This document shows positions 25,271-37,634 of a stretch of 64,000 nt of DNA, one piece after another (positions within the stretch are counted from its first letter, which is position 1; each line of letters begins with the position of its first letter). Where the stretch lies: contig JAUCBJ010005792.1 in the NCBI GenBank assembly GCA_032718475.1, forward strand, positions 12,890 through 76,889, in the 5' to 3' direction. The DNA comes from Nemertoderma westbladi. Lineage: Eukaryota; Animalia; Xenacoelomorpha. The position numbers and the translations under genes were made by a program. The notes below the pieces were generated by a model that did not search any database, had not been told where the DNA came from, and saw only the letters and a list, made by a program, of their open reading frames with translations.

Positions 25271-26916
25271 TAATAGCACAAGTATATCTGTATCAATATC
25301 TGTACTGAGATACTAATAATCGCCAGTTATACATAAACCTTAGGCCCTACTTATACCGTTAAAACTAAAGCCCTCTCTCAGGTGTTGGGAGGCACATGTG
25401 GCTGAAGTATAAATTGATATTACAGCAGCATGAACTAATATAGCTTGAGAGGGATTTGGGTTATTACTATCCTGGCCAATGGGAGATCGCGTGTGCTGCT
25501 TCGCCATTGGCTGTTGCCTTGGTTTGTTGATTATCCCTATCTTACTATGTGTTGGCAACGGCTTGTGGTTAGTAAGCCGATGTCAATAGTTGGTTGTTAT
25601 ATGCACCAATAAATATACACATATGTAGGACAATAGGTTTAACATTTAGTAAACAATGATAGCTTGCGCAGCCATCTAACTGTCCAGCTTGGTTCCTCTA
25701 GCAGACTCCCTGATTGTAAAGTTAACTTTTGGGGTTGGCATACAATCGGGGTGCTAACAGATTTTTCCACTTTGGTTATTACCTTATCTTGAAGTGACAT
25801 ATTGGTTTTGGGGTGAAAAAGTGCCTGTCCCGTAACTAAACTAAACACCTAATATTATATATATTATATATAATATATAATTGTACACGTGTGCCCATAT
25901 ACTAATTATAACTAGTCAATAATTATTATAATGTTAGAGTATATCAATGGTTGATATCTTGAGTATAGTGAAAATAATGTTCTAGATTATTTACCATGAA
26001 ATATATAATTACATTAAAAATACATCAATAAGTTTCGTTTAACAATTAATAACGAATTTTTAGGAAATGTTAATATTAATGTGTGTTTACTGTTACTGTT
26101 ATTATTGTTTTGATTATTGCTATGGGGCCAATTTATTGGTAATATATATTTGTAGATATGTAATATTGTTCAAATAATAAGTCCAATATTAAACACCCAT
26201 CGGTGCAAACAAAGCTTTATAATGTATAAATAATATATTTATTTAATAAGCACAAAATTTAATAAATTGATTAATATTATTAACCGCAAAAAATTATAAC
26301 ACAAATCGGCTTAGCTATTCATTTATTTAGTATATTATTATTATTGTTTCCATTAAAGTATAAAAATAAATATAATTTATATTTTTAATTTCTACGGAAG
26401 TTAATTAATTCAAGAGTTAAAAAATTATTAAAATATTTACCCGGATTTATATTTGTTAGAAAGGGGCAAAGTGGCCCAACTACCGGTAATCATATAAAGT
26501 TTCTCAAGACGCAACATAATATGATATAATATGTTCTGAAAGCTCCGAGTCTGTAGAATTGGGTGCGAGTATTAGTAGACCTTAAATATTATCTGTAAAA
26601 AATATACTGATTTGATTGTAAATGTAATGAGAACCTGGTTACGACTGACATTTTATGGTGCGACTGACACTGCCAAGTGACAATCACACATTACACGTTC
26701 GTGGGGCCTTCGCGCATCACGAAGTGAGCAAAGCCTTTAGCATATGGGCACCATTAACGAGTCGTCTGCCGTTAGTCAGAAGTCTTCAAAACAATACTCG
26801 TCCTCATCTTGTGCTTCGTTGCGTTCGTTCGTTTTTGACCAAACTTCAGATTCTTTCTAAACTTTTGACGGACTACATACGTACAAAGTTTCGTTTAATT
26901 TCATCGAGTCAAATTA

Positions 26917-29900
26917 CGTTACAATATTGTTGGAATGTGATCAGGTCCAGGAGCCTTTCCGGGTTTCATCTTCAACAAGTTCTTGTAAACCTCATGGGAT
27001 TCAAAGACAATATGGTTGGGAATATTTTGGTTGGGCTGGTTCAAGTCAGAAGTAAGATTCTTGTTGGTGTTCTTCTTATCTGAAGTACATTTATGCGCAT
27101 TGGTACTGGAATCAACTGTAAAAGCAGATACAAAGGTCTGTGGCGCCACTAACTCTAACTCAACTTACTTCGTGGCTCGCCCCAAGTTACTGAACTGACT
27201 TTTCCTATTCTTATGCTCTTCTGATATTCTGATTGTACAGTGTACTGCTTACTGTACCGGTAGCTTAATAATAATATATATATATTCCTCTAGAGATTAT
27301 TATTAAACATCTCTCATCCCAAATTTACTTATTTCAGACGTACAGTGCTCTGTGACGTCTCTACAGGCTCACCCCGTGCAATCCTACCCAGCGAGTGGAG
27401 GCGGCACGCTTTCAACTTGATCCACAACCTCTCGCACACGGGTGTCTGGCCCACGCATAAGGCTGTGGCCTCCAGATTCGTTTGGGATGGTATAAATCGT
27501 GACGTCCGCTGTTGGTGTCAGGAATGCCACGACTGTCAAAGCTCCAAAATCCATTGCCATGTCCGAGCCCCCCTCAACATCCGTATTCCACCAAGTGATC
27601 GCTTCAGCAGCCTCCACATCGACCTGGTGGGTCCCCTACCAGAGAGTGAAGGGATGATATATCTCCCCACCATCATCGACCGCTTCACCAGGTGGCCAGA
27701 GGCAATCCCTATGCCCAACTCGGTTACGACAACAAACGCTAAAAACTTTATCCGGCATTGGATATCCCGTTTTGGCGTCCCCTTAGATATCACCTCGGAT
27801 CGGGGATCACAGTTCACTTCGGAACTTTGGCCTGAAGTGAATAAACTGCTGGGCACTGCGACGTTCCAAACCACAGCTTACCACCTGCAAGCCAATGGCA
27901 TGGTCGAGCGCCTGCACAGACAACTCAAGGCTGCCATCAAGGCCCGTACGACAGGCTCTAACTGGATGAATGAGTTACCACTCGTCATGCTCGGCATCTG
28001 TTTGGCCTGGCGAGAGGATCCAGACTGCTCACCAGCCGACCTGGTATTTGGCGAATCACTCCGCCTCTCGGGCGAGTTCTTCCAGTCGCATGACTCCCGC
28101 ACCTATCAGCCAACCGAGGCTTTCGCCCACCAACTGGAGACTGACATTTGCAAACCACTCCCACCCCCTCCAACTCATCACACCGAACGTACACCACATA
28201 TGCCAGCACACCTCACAGCCACTGGCTACGTCTACGTTCGTGTAGATAAGGTCAAAGGCCCACTGGTGCGGCCATACGACGGATCCTTCAAGATCCTGGC
28301 CCAGCATGACAAGTACTACACTCTTGATGTGAAGGGCAAACAGGATAACGTTTCCATTGATAGACTTAAGCCGGCCTATAAATCACCGCCACCTCCCACC
28401 TCCCTTCTCAAAAGTATCGGCTCCACCAGCACTACCACAACCCTCTCCCACGCTGCAGCTGACTTCCAGGTCTGGCCGAGCTGTCAGACACCCGGTTCGT
28501 TTCCAGGCAGCTACCATCCCGTCGTAGTACTCCGCTGGGGGGGGGGGGGGCAATGTGGTGCCACTAACTCTAACTTAACTTAATTCGTGGCTCGCCCCAA
28601 GTTACTGAACTGACTTTTTCCTATTCTTATGCTCTTCTGATATTCTGATTGTACAGTGTACTGCTTACCGTACTGGTAGCATAATAATAATATATATATA
28701 TTCCTCTAGAGATTATTATTAAACGTCTCTCATCCCAAATTTACTTATTTCGGACTTCCACAGGTCTCAATAAATAGGTTGGCCTTCTTGGTGCTATCAG
28801 TGACAATGTTACCCTGAGAATCCTTCATTGCTGGTTGGCTGATTTGCGACTCATTTGAGATTTGGTGTAACGCCAGAATTTTTTTGTATTTTTGTGTTGC
28901 AGAATCCGATTTTCATAGTTTTGCATGGCTTCCATGTATGCTACTTCAATAAGAATGTTTATATCATCCAGAAAATCCTGCAGTATTGAATGTCAAGGAC
29001 TAGTCAAGGACAGTTTGGTTCTGTGACGTTCTTCGATGAGCACAATGGAGCAGTTTCTTGATTTGTGGATGCTGTCTGGGACGATTACAGGACTTCAAAG
29101 GAACGCAATCAGAAATTATGGAGTTCAGAATAAATTCAAGTGCTTTAGAATTTTGTATAGCATTGAAATTTCCATTAACCACATCATCCCAGGTAATCTG
29201 TGCACAGATTCCATTAACTACATCCCAGTTAACACTACTCCAGTCACGAGTAACTGATGTGCTACTTCCAGAACTGACAGGAGGGAGGGTGGCATATAGG
29301 ATTCTATGATCACTCTTTTTATCGGAGAGACCGAATCGTTCACCCACAAATACATTCTCAACTAGGTTTGGAACATTAGTAAGTAACAAATCTAAGATAC
29401 CACCTTTTATATGAGTTGGGTCAGAGATAAGCTGATGCAGATTAAGTTCCAAGATTGATTCTAGAAATCTAGCCGTGATCGAAGGATAATGACAAATTGG
29501 AGCAGGGCAAGGAATATTCCAATCTATGTGCCAAAAATTAAAGGTGCCTGTTATTAGAGTTTGGAGATTCGAATAAAGGGGAACAAGTCTTTAAATCTTC
29601 AATGAAAGCAAGGTACAGGTAGTTAAAGGAACATTCTGGTGCCATATACGGGTCTGAAATATAAACACAGCCAATCCCGAAAGGGAACACTATACACATT
29701 GAGGTCAACCCAGATACTTTCCCCTTTATCAGGGAGATCTACCTCAGAGGGCAGCAAATCATTGGAGACAATCATTGCTACACAAACCGCCACAGTTTGG
29801 CCCTGGATGATTATGGCGATAAATAAGAAATCCATCAAGTCCTGCATTCGCAAAAATATCATCAGATTCTTCTTCAAGAAGCTGAGTTTCTGTTAAACAG

Positions 29901-31240
29901 ATAATTAGGGGATTAGCGTTGAAAGTAGATACCAGTAACTTCAAGGCAGAAATTTTATTAAGGATTGATTGACAGTTAAAACATAATACCATTGGCTTTT
30001 TAACAATGCACAATCAGGGATAAGTTTAGACTGGTTGGCTGAGTGCAGTTGTCCTAGGCTTGAGTCGTTCCTGAAGAGATTGCTGATGGGGCACCAGATG
30101 ATTTAGGCAATGAATCTGTTGCAGCATCGACTAATGTACGTGTACCGGGTTACTGTTTCGGTTTGCTTGATGGCGCATATATTCCTGCTTTGCTTGAAGT
30201 TTGGTAAGGTCTTACTAACATAAACATTGGAGTGTAATTGCGAATCTCTTAGCTTCCTTTTGGATTTAAGAATAACAGACTTAGCACTGAGGGACTTGAG
30301 TTTAATGATAAATAAAGGTGGTTTGTTGTCCTTCTTCCCCCGACGATAAATAATTTTATCCACTGGGTTATTATTACCATTGCCTTCCGCGAGACCAAAA
30401 TCACTCGTTAAGAAGCTATTTACTGAATCAATATCATTACTCGCATTAGTAGGAAGTGGTAGGCCAGATACAACAATATTTAGTTCACGTTTCTGCTGTT
30501 CATGGATTTCCCTTCCCACATCATCAATAGAGAGAAGCATCAGATCTTGTCTGATTCTTCTTCTGTTTGTGGATCTGCCAGCCATTTGAGTTTGGGTTAA
30601 GAGGGGTGATACCAGGGATAGCATCTGCACATGTTACTTTGGATACTGCCGACGTTAATCTACTGATCTCACTTTTCAGAGTGGGATTGACGATTCGAGA
30701 CAAGTGCTTCAACCGATGTTGTTGAATCTGACTTTATAGTCAGGGTTCCTTTACTTTCGCATGGAGTGCAGATTTGCAATTCACTTGTGGATAGATTCAG
30801 ACAGGAGCCATGAATCCAGGCAGCACAAGTTTCTCACCCCAAACAATTGTTACCTACAACCTTTTAGCAGCAGTGGGGACACAAGGTGTCTTTGAGGCAA
30901 CCAGCGCAATGTGCTTCATAGGCATCTTTCTCAATAAAAAGAGCTGCACATACATCACAATTGAATAGTTTCGAAATATCAATTCCTTTGCTGTTAGTAA
31001 GTGTCGGTTTTGTGGATTTCCTTCTCAAAACCATCGTAGCAGTGTACTAAATTTAGTTAGTTTAGTTTTAGTACTAAATTTAGTGTGTTAAATTTTAATA
31101 ATAATACAATAATCAAGCAAGCAAGTAATACTGTAATTGCAGCAGGTTTTAGTACAGCAATAGGAGTGCTAGTGTAGTACAGGTAGCCTACTCCAGTGGT
31201 ACCGGTACTCTACCTAGAGTGTAGAGCACAAACTCTGAAA
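26917..31240 (-). mobile_element. Decayed CR1-like LINE (ORF1 with zinc/PHD fingers, APE endonuclease, start of RT), 3'-truncated and interrupted by a Gypsy remnant
   Basis: ORF1 from ATG 31034 (CDVC...H; CPHC...WIHGSC...CTPC; NIVVSGLP); APE motifs FNCQSILNK, ICLTET, LDLLLTN, SDH; LKMKPGKAPGPDHIP at the left end; many stops and frameshifts. Confidence 0.85.
27139..28762 (+). mobile_element. Internally deleted Ty3/Gypsy LTR element (integrase only)
   Basis: LTRs 27139-~27338 and 28554-28762 (TGTGG...CCACA), 4-bp TSD GGTC, G-run PPT; ORF 27345-28583 has HHCC, HIDLVGP/SDRGSQF/MVERLHR (DDE) and a GPY/F-like module. Confidence 0.92.
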
Positions 31241-31304
31241 CTACTGCTGTACTGACCTACGGTACTAAAAATATCAGAATATAGGATAGGCCTACAATAC
31301 AAAC

Positions 31305-31703
31305 ATGTCTGACCAACCGAAAACTCGGTTTACTTGGAACACTGGTGCGATTGCAAGGGCGTGGTCTATTAGCCGAGTTGGCTATGGTAAGAAAGCGAAA
31401 TTCTTTCGTGATTGCATGCTGAACAAAAGTTTCTACGTACAGAATCCCAACCTATTGATCCTAAACCTGATAGCACTGACATCGGTGTCCTGGACAACCT
31501 ATTTCATACTTCGCGTTGCCACTCGACATCCAGACATCCACATTGATAAACGCCGTCGGTTCCCGTGGGACGAGTGGAAGCAGGGCGATCAGTACCACTT
31601 CCTGATGAATGACGGATCGGGTAAGCTCAGAAACAACGCCGGCAAAACAAACATAAAGAACGGAGAAATGTTTACATCCGATGAATTGTTTCCCAAATAT
31701 TGA
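31305..31703 (+). CDS. Intronless NDUFA4/COXFA4 (B12D family)-like protein, 132 aa
   Basis: QNPNLLILNLIALTSVSWTTYFILRVATRHPDIHIDKRRRFPWDEWKQGDQYHF aligns without gaps to NDUFA4 KHPSLIPLF...[33 protein letters not shown] (recalled); intact ORF, AAACATG start context. Confidence 0.82.
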   Translation: MSDQPKTRFTWNTGAIARAWSISRVGYGKKAKFFRDCMLNKSFYVQNPNLLILNLIALTSVSWTTYFILRVATRHPDIHIDKRRRFPWDEWKQGDQYHFLMNDGSGKLRNNAGKTNIKNGEMFTSDELFPKY

Positions 31704-32576
31704 GAGAACTTACGTAGCGCGTAGATGCCTCTATAACTGTCGGAGCACGATATACTATACGAACCTAATGGACAAAAATTATATAGGCCTAGAGGCCTAC
31801 AGTAACCTGATAACGGTATACCGGTATTTGTATACACTGGTGCGACATGAGACTAAATCATTGGGGAGGAGCATCTTAACTCATCCAAAAACAAGCCTTT
31901 GAAATCATTAGGTATTTGAATCCAGTCTTCTCATTGCAGCATTGTTCATCAAATCACGAGATATTAAATTAAATTAAAGATCAATTAGGCCTATGTATGT
32001 ATTCCAATATTCTTCATATGGGCGAATTGAAGTGCTTAAAATAAGTTATTAAACGAAATAATTAAAATTGTTATATCAACACGAAGGTAGGCCTTTACAA
32101 TAATAAGGAATATTATTAACAATATTAGACAACCAATAAAATTAACTCACCTTTTCCGCCTCCGATTCAACCCATGTTACATAAATACCCGTTCTGGAAT
32201 GAATAATATTTATGTTGTTGGCTCCCTTTGACTACCATTGAGAGCCTTCCTATTTTGTTTCGATGGCATCTAACATACGATTGTACACTACCCAGTAGAC
32301 ACACAGTAGCTACACAGGAACATACTGTAGTACGCTTATTGTGTATCAGCTGAAGCTTTGCTCTCCCAACATATTACCGGTATAATCAAGATCTTGTGAT
32401 GCATAAAGTAACACTTTAAAATGCTTGTAATTGGTTGAGTTGAAATGCCCATTCTCAGGATTTAGTCTCATGTCACTGATGCGATGCGCCTTAAATTAAA
32501 AACAATTAAGTTTTAGGTTACCGGTATCATAGTCGTAGTCCAATAGAACATTATAAGATAATGATAGATGTTGGGA

Positions 32577-33468
32577 CTACTGTAGGATAGGGTTGGGACG
32601 ATACTACTGTAGGATAGGGTTGGGACGATACTACTGTAGGAAAGGGTTGGGACGATACTACTGTAGGATAGGGTTGGGACGATACTACTGTAGGATAGGG
32701 TTGGGACGATACTACTGTAGGATGGGGTTGGGACGATACTACTGTAGGATGGGGTTGGGACGATACTACTGTAGGATAGGGTTGGGACGATACTACTGTA
32801 GGATAGGGTTGGGACGATACTACTGTAGGATGGGGTTGGGACGATACTACTGTAGGATAGGGTTGGGACGATACTACTGTAGGAAAGGGTTGGGACGATA
32901 CTACTGTAGGATAGGGTTGGGACGATACTACTGTAGGAAAGGGTTGGGACGATACTACTGTAGGATAGGGTTGGGACGATACTACTGTAGGATGGGGTTG
33001 GGACGATACTACTGTAGGATAGGGTTGGGACGATACTACTGTAGGATAGGGTTGGGACGATACTACTGTAGGATGGGGTTGGGACGATACTACTGTAGGA
33101 TAGGGTTGGGACGATACTACTGTAGGATAGGGTTGGGACGATACTACTGTAGGATAGGGTTGGGACGGTACTACTGTAGGATAGGGTTGGGACGATACTA
33201 CTGTAGGATAGGGTTGGGACGATACTACTGTAGGATAGGGTTGGGACGCAGCTACTGTAGGATAGGGTTGGGACGATACTACTGTAGGGTAGGGTTGGGA
33301 CGATACTACTGTAGGATAGGGTTGGGACGATACTACTGTAGGATAGGGTTGGGACGATACTACTGTAGGATAGGGTTGGGACGATACTACTGTAGGATAG
33401 GGTTGGGACGATACTACTGTAGGATAGGGTTGGGACGATACTACTGTAGGATAGGGTTGGGACGCAGC
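32577..33468. repeat. 27-bp G-rich minisatellite, ~33 copies
   Basis: Unit TACTACTGTAGGATAGGGTTGGGACGA. Confidence 0.97.
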
Positions 33469-33930
33469 TCAACCTCTGATTATCTGTGGATCCTTCCGCA
33501 TGCATTTGAATGTCTCCGCATTTTGATCCGGCTCCTAAATTTTATGCCGATAATGTTGAATAAATATAAGACTATACAGTGACAGTGCAGCTACCGGTAG
33601 GTCTAAAATAAGATTTATTGTGGATAAAACAAACGTTTAGGAATTTGATATTCCGGTTTGTTTAAAGGATAAAACATAAAACTAATTTCAATATTTACAT
33701 AATAATTTTTGTGAAATTTTTCGAAACGAAAAAGTATTACTAAATACTAAATATGATTCCAGCCCCAACCCTAGGTAGTGTTTAATATAAATCATAATAA
33801 GCCATTATTGTTGTATTAAAAGAGTATGCTTGAATATTATTACATATTTACTAATTGACATCATTTGTTGGTATACTGTGTGCTTAATTACTGAATTAAT
33901 ATGAAAAGTAAAGTAGTTGTAACCTAATGA

Positions 33931-34837
33931 CACCATGTCCCGTAATATAGTGTCATTTTCTGATGACACCACCCCCCCCCCCCCCCCCCAAATTTTTCTA
34001 CAAATCTTTATCATATTGCTTGAAATTTGAAACACAACTAGTTCAACTCACCGTCGATGACCCGATGAAGCCGGAATTTTCGATTTTGCCTTTAATTTTA
34101 TTTATAAGCGTTTGAAAAGAGTCTTTTGCGAAATCGCACCCTCCGTATCGTGGCCATTCTTCACATTTGTCGTTATTTTTTCATATCATTAAAAAGGTTG
34201 CGTTGCAAGGATTCGAAATATGTAACAATATCTGAATTTCGCTGAGAAACAGCTGAGATATAGGCGTTCAAAGATTGCAAGAACGATTATTCGCTGTAGG
34301 CCATTTATTCTATTTATTTTATTCCATCTATACACAAAATTGAATGTGTTATTTATTTTATGAGTTCGTTGGCAACAGCGGTAATCCTATCCAATATATC
34401 TATTGCGTAGCTACTTAAACAAAATGTTCCAGAACGTCGCGTATTTATTAAATATAATAAATGGCATCTAGCGAACGATAATTCTTGCAATCTTCGAACG
34501 CCTATATTTCAGCTGTTTCTCAACGAAATTCAGATATTGTTTCATATTTGGAATCCTTGCAACGCAAGCTTTTTAATGATATGAAAAACTACAACTAATG
34601 TGAAAAATGGTCACGATACGGAGGGTGCGATTTCGCAAAAGACACTTTTTTTAAAACGCTTATAAATAAAATTAAAGGCGAAATAGAAAATTCCGGCTTC
34701 ATGGTAACAACCACCACGGTGAGTTGAACTAGTTGTGTTTCCAATTTCAAGCAATATGATAAAGATTTGTAGAAAAATCTGGGGGGGTGGGGGGGTCCGT
34801 GTCATCAGAAAATGACACTATATTACGGGTCATGGTG
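33931..34837. mobile_element. MITE/foldback element with ~365-bp TIRs
   Basis: CACCATG(T/A)CCCGTAATATAGTGTCATTTTCTGATGACAC termini; 33931-34295 is the imperfect reverse complement of 34470-34837. Confidence 0.85.
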
Positions 34838-35615
34838 TAATTATTATACATACGTAAATATAATTTAATTTTTGTGAAACTATATATAAATTGTGTTTTC
34901 CAAAACATTTTTATTACCTAACAAATTATATATATATATGAAATAGTTGTAAATTCAGTTCTATTAGTTTTAGTTTGGCAGTTTCTGGTCATATGGTTGT
35001 TACACTTAGACATTTGATATAATTAAATAAACACAACGTAAACATTTGAAACTTATATTTTTCAGAAATCGTATCACAATTAAATAAAATAAATTTAATG
35101 AAACATATATTGGTATTATATTAATTCATGGATACAATTTTATTTATTACATAAATAATTTTGTAAAAAAATAGCACGTATATTAGCTTTCTCCTAACTC
35201 GGTTGTGTTATCTAAAAGCAAAGGTTCTCATATAAGTACCACAAAAGTGCTTCTTTATCAATCAATTTTAAATATTGTCTATTTACAACTTTTTGTTGTT
35301 CTAGAAATATTTGAAATTATTTTTAAAAATAATTATAAATTTAAACAAACATTTTTTTTTTCTTTTTTTTATTATTTTTTATTTTTCATTTTTATTATTT
35401 TTTTAATGAATTAAATAATAAGTTTTATTCTTAAATTGTCACTTTTTCGCTCGAATATACCCCAAATCGGGAGAAAAAGTTTCACTTTTTTCCCTAGGGA
35501 AAAAAGTGATCAATTGGAATGCATTAATTTTACTTTTTTTCCCGGCGAAAAAAGTAAAGTAAAATATATTTTTATTGTATATATATGTGTTTAACATCCA
35601 TAGATTGTATAAATA

Positions 35616-35719
35616 ATAAGTAATTAAACAGGACTAAGGATGATCCAACTCCATTTATCAATTAAACAGCTCCATTTACTATAGAGTTGGATCATCCTTA
35701 GTCCTGTTTAATTACTTAT
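35616..35719. mobile_element. Small hairpin/MITE with 36-bp perfect inverted arms
   Basis: ATAAGTAATTAAACAGGACTAAGGATGATCCAACTC, a 32-nt spacer, then its exact reverse complement. Confidence 0.8.
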
Positions 35720-35897
35720 AAAAAATATATTTTTATTTTATATATTTTATATTATATATATTTTACATATTATTTTATATTATATATATTATTTTATATT
35801 ATATATATTTATTTTATATTTTTTATTTTATTTAAATTTTATTACTTGTGGTGAAAGAGCATCGACGTAGAAAAGATTGCAAGTAATTTGAGCAAAA

Positions 35898-36310
35898 TCC
35901 ATTCACACACTCAAAAGTTATTCCAACTTCAACAGTGTCTGCGCGGAACTCAATATCCAATATTGGTTTATGTAGTTAAGCGGCTCTCTAGTTACGTAAT
36001 AAATATTCGAGAACACTAAATTATTTAACATTGAATAAGGCAGCTTCAGGAGTTGAAGAGTACAATAATTAGAATCGCAGTAACTCGGGAAGCAAAAATA
36101 GTAAAATACTGCAGTTCAATTTATTTTGTAGCAGTATCGCTCTGCTCTATGTTTTATTAAAGAATTTAGCAACAAAAAATTACCAATTCAAGAATAAAAT
36201 TACGTATTACATGGGGAAAAAACGTAGAACATATTTTCCAATATTCTCTCGACCCTTTATTAACCTCGCTGATGCTCGGTAAATAAAATGCCTCGAGAAT
36301 AATGAAAAAA
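35898..36310 (+). repeat. Dispersed ~410-bp AT-rich repeat (other copies ~38188-38620 and partial ~41040-41330)
   Basis: Shared CCATTCACACACTCAAAAGTTA...CTCGACCCTTTATTAACCTCGCTGATGCTCGGTAAATAAAATGCCTCGAGAAT; class unknown. Confidence 0.8.
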
Positions 36311-36799
36311 TTTAATAAATAATTATATTCAGTCAACGATCTAGGAGTTATTCTGTTGATTTCGCATTATTTGTTCTAGATCAGTAATTACGTTGGTAAT
36401 TATTAATAAATTTAGCATTAAAATATTTACAGTAGTTGTAAGTTATTTTGCTCAAAATTTTTGGTTTGATTATTTGATTTAACGTTCTGGAATTTCATCT
36501 TCACTCACAAAAAGTATAGCTCATATATAGTAGTTACTATTTAATTACACAAAATTGCAGAATTGACATCATATTTGCGATAACTGTGTTACAGCTTTAC
36601 TAACTTCACTATTTACAAAAATAAAGTATTTTTTGTCCTCCTTATAATCCGCATTTCCTCGAAATAGAAAAAGCATTTTTTCCTCGGCCCAACAAAAAAT
36701 GCCTCGATAAAAATATTATTCCTCGATAAAAATCATAGAGTCGGACAAAAAAATGTTAATTTATTTTTGTAAAATAATTAGTTATTTTATTGTGACTAT

Positions 36800-37315
36800 G
36801 GCCCCCCTCACACGGAGCAACTTGTTTCTGCAACTTGTTCCCGAAACTTGTTGCTGGACCCCTCACACACAGAAATAAGTTGCTGCAACTTGTTTCTGCA
36901 ACTTGTTTCCGAAACTTGTTTCAGCAACTTGTTGCTGGACCCCCTCACACACAGAAACTTGTTGCTCAAGAAAATAACAATTATTTCAAAACAAATAGCT
37001 AACATGTCCAGTCATTTATATATAATATCACATCACTCAATTTATCAAATATTAGCTCTTATCTAAAAATTGGATGTAAAAAAAGGTTTTTTAAAAAGTT
37101 GCTGGAATATAACTTCCAGCAACTTGTTGCTGGACCCCCCTCACACACAGAAATAAGTTTCGGAAACAAGTTGCAGAAACTTGTTGCTGGACTCCTCACA
37201 CACAGAAACAAGTTTCGGAAACAAGTTGCAGCAACTTGTTTCTGTGTGTGAGGGGGTCCAGCAACAAGTTCCAGAAACAAGTTGCAGAAATAAGTTGCTC
37301 CGTGTGAGGGGGGCC
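36800..37315. mobile_element. PIF/Harbinger-like MITE
   Basis: TIR GGCCCCCCTCACACGGAGCAACTT; flanks TAT/TAA; many internal CAACTTGTT subrepeats. Confidence 0.75.
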
Positions 37316-37590
37316 TAAAAAATATCATTATTTTTTGACATAAAGAAACTCTAGTCAGTGATCTAGAATACTATAGTAATTACTTTCGCCATGTGGTCTA
37401 TCCGTTTGAAATATGTAATTTATTTATACATTTATTGGTTCTAAAAAAACTGCACAAAACAATTAATTATACAGTACAAGATACGAAAAGTGTATGAGTT
37501 ATTCTCCTATTTGAAAGCAAACAAACCATGTGGCATTTTGGAACCAATTATTGCATTATTTTTAAGAATAATTTATATTGTTAAATTTCC

Positions 37591-37634
37591 TGGATTACTT
37601 AACGCTCGTCTATGGACGAGCGTTAAGTAATCCA
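37591..37634. repeat. Perfect 20-bp-stem hairpin
   Basis: TGGATTACTTAACGCTCGTC-TATG-GACGAGCGTTAAGTAATCCA. Confidence 0.9.

Noticed and set aside
32513-33582. Two ~330-aa ORFs on opposite strands
   Set aside because: 27-bp minisatellite that lacks stop codons in those frames.
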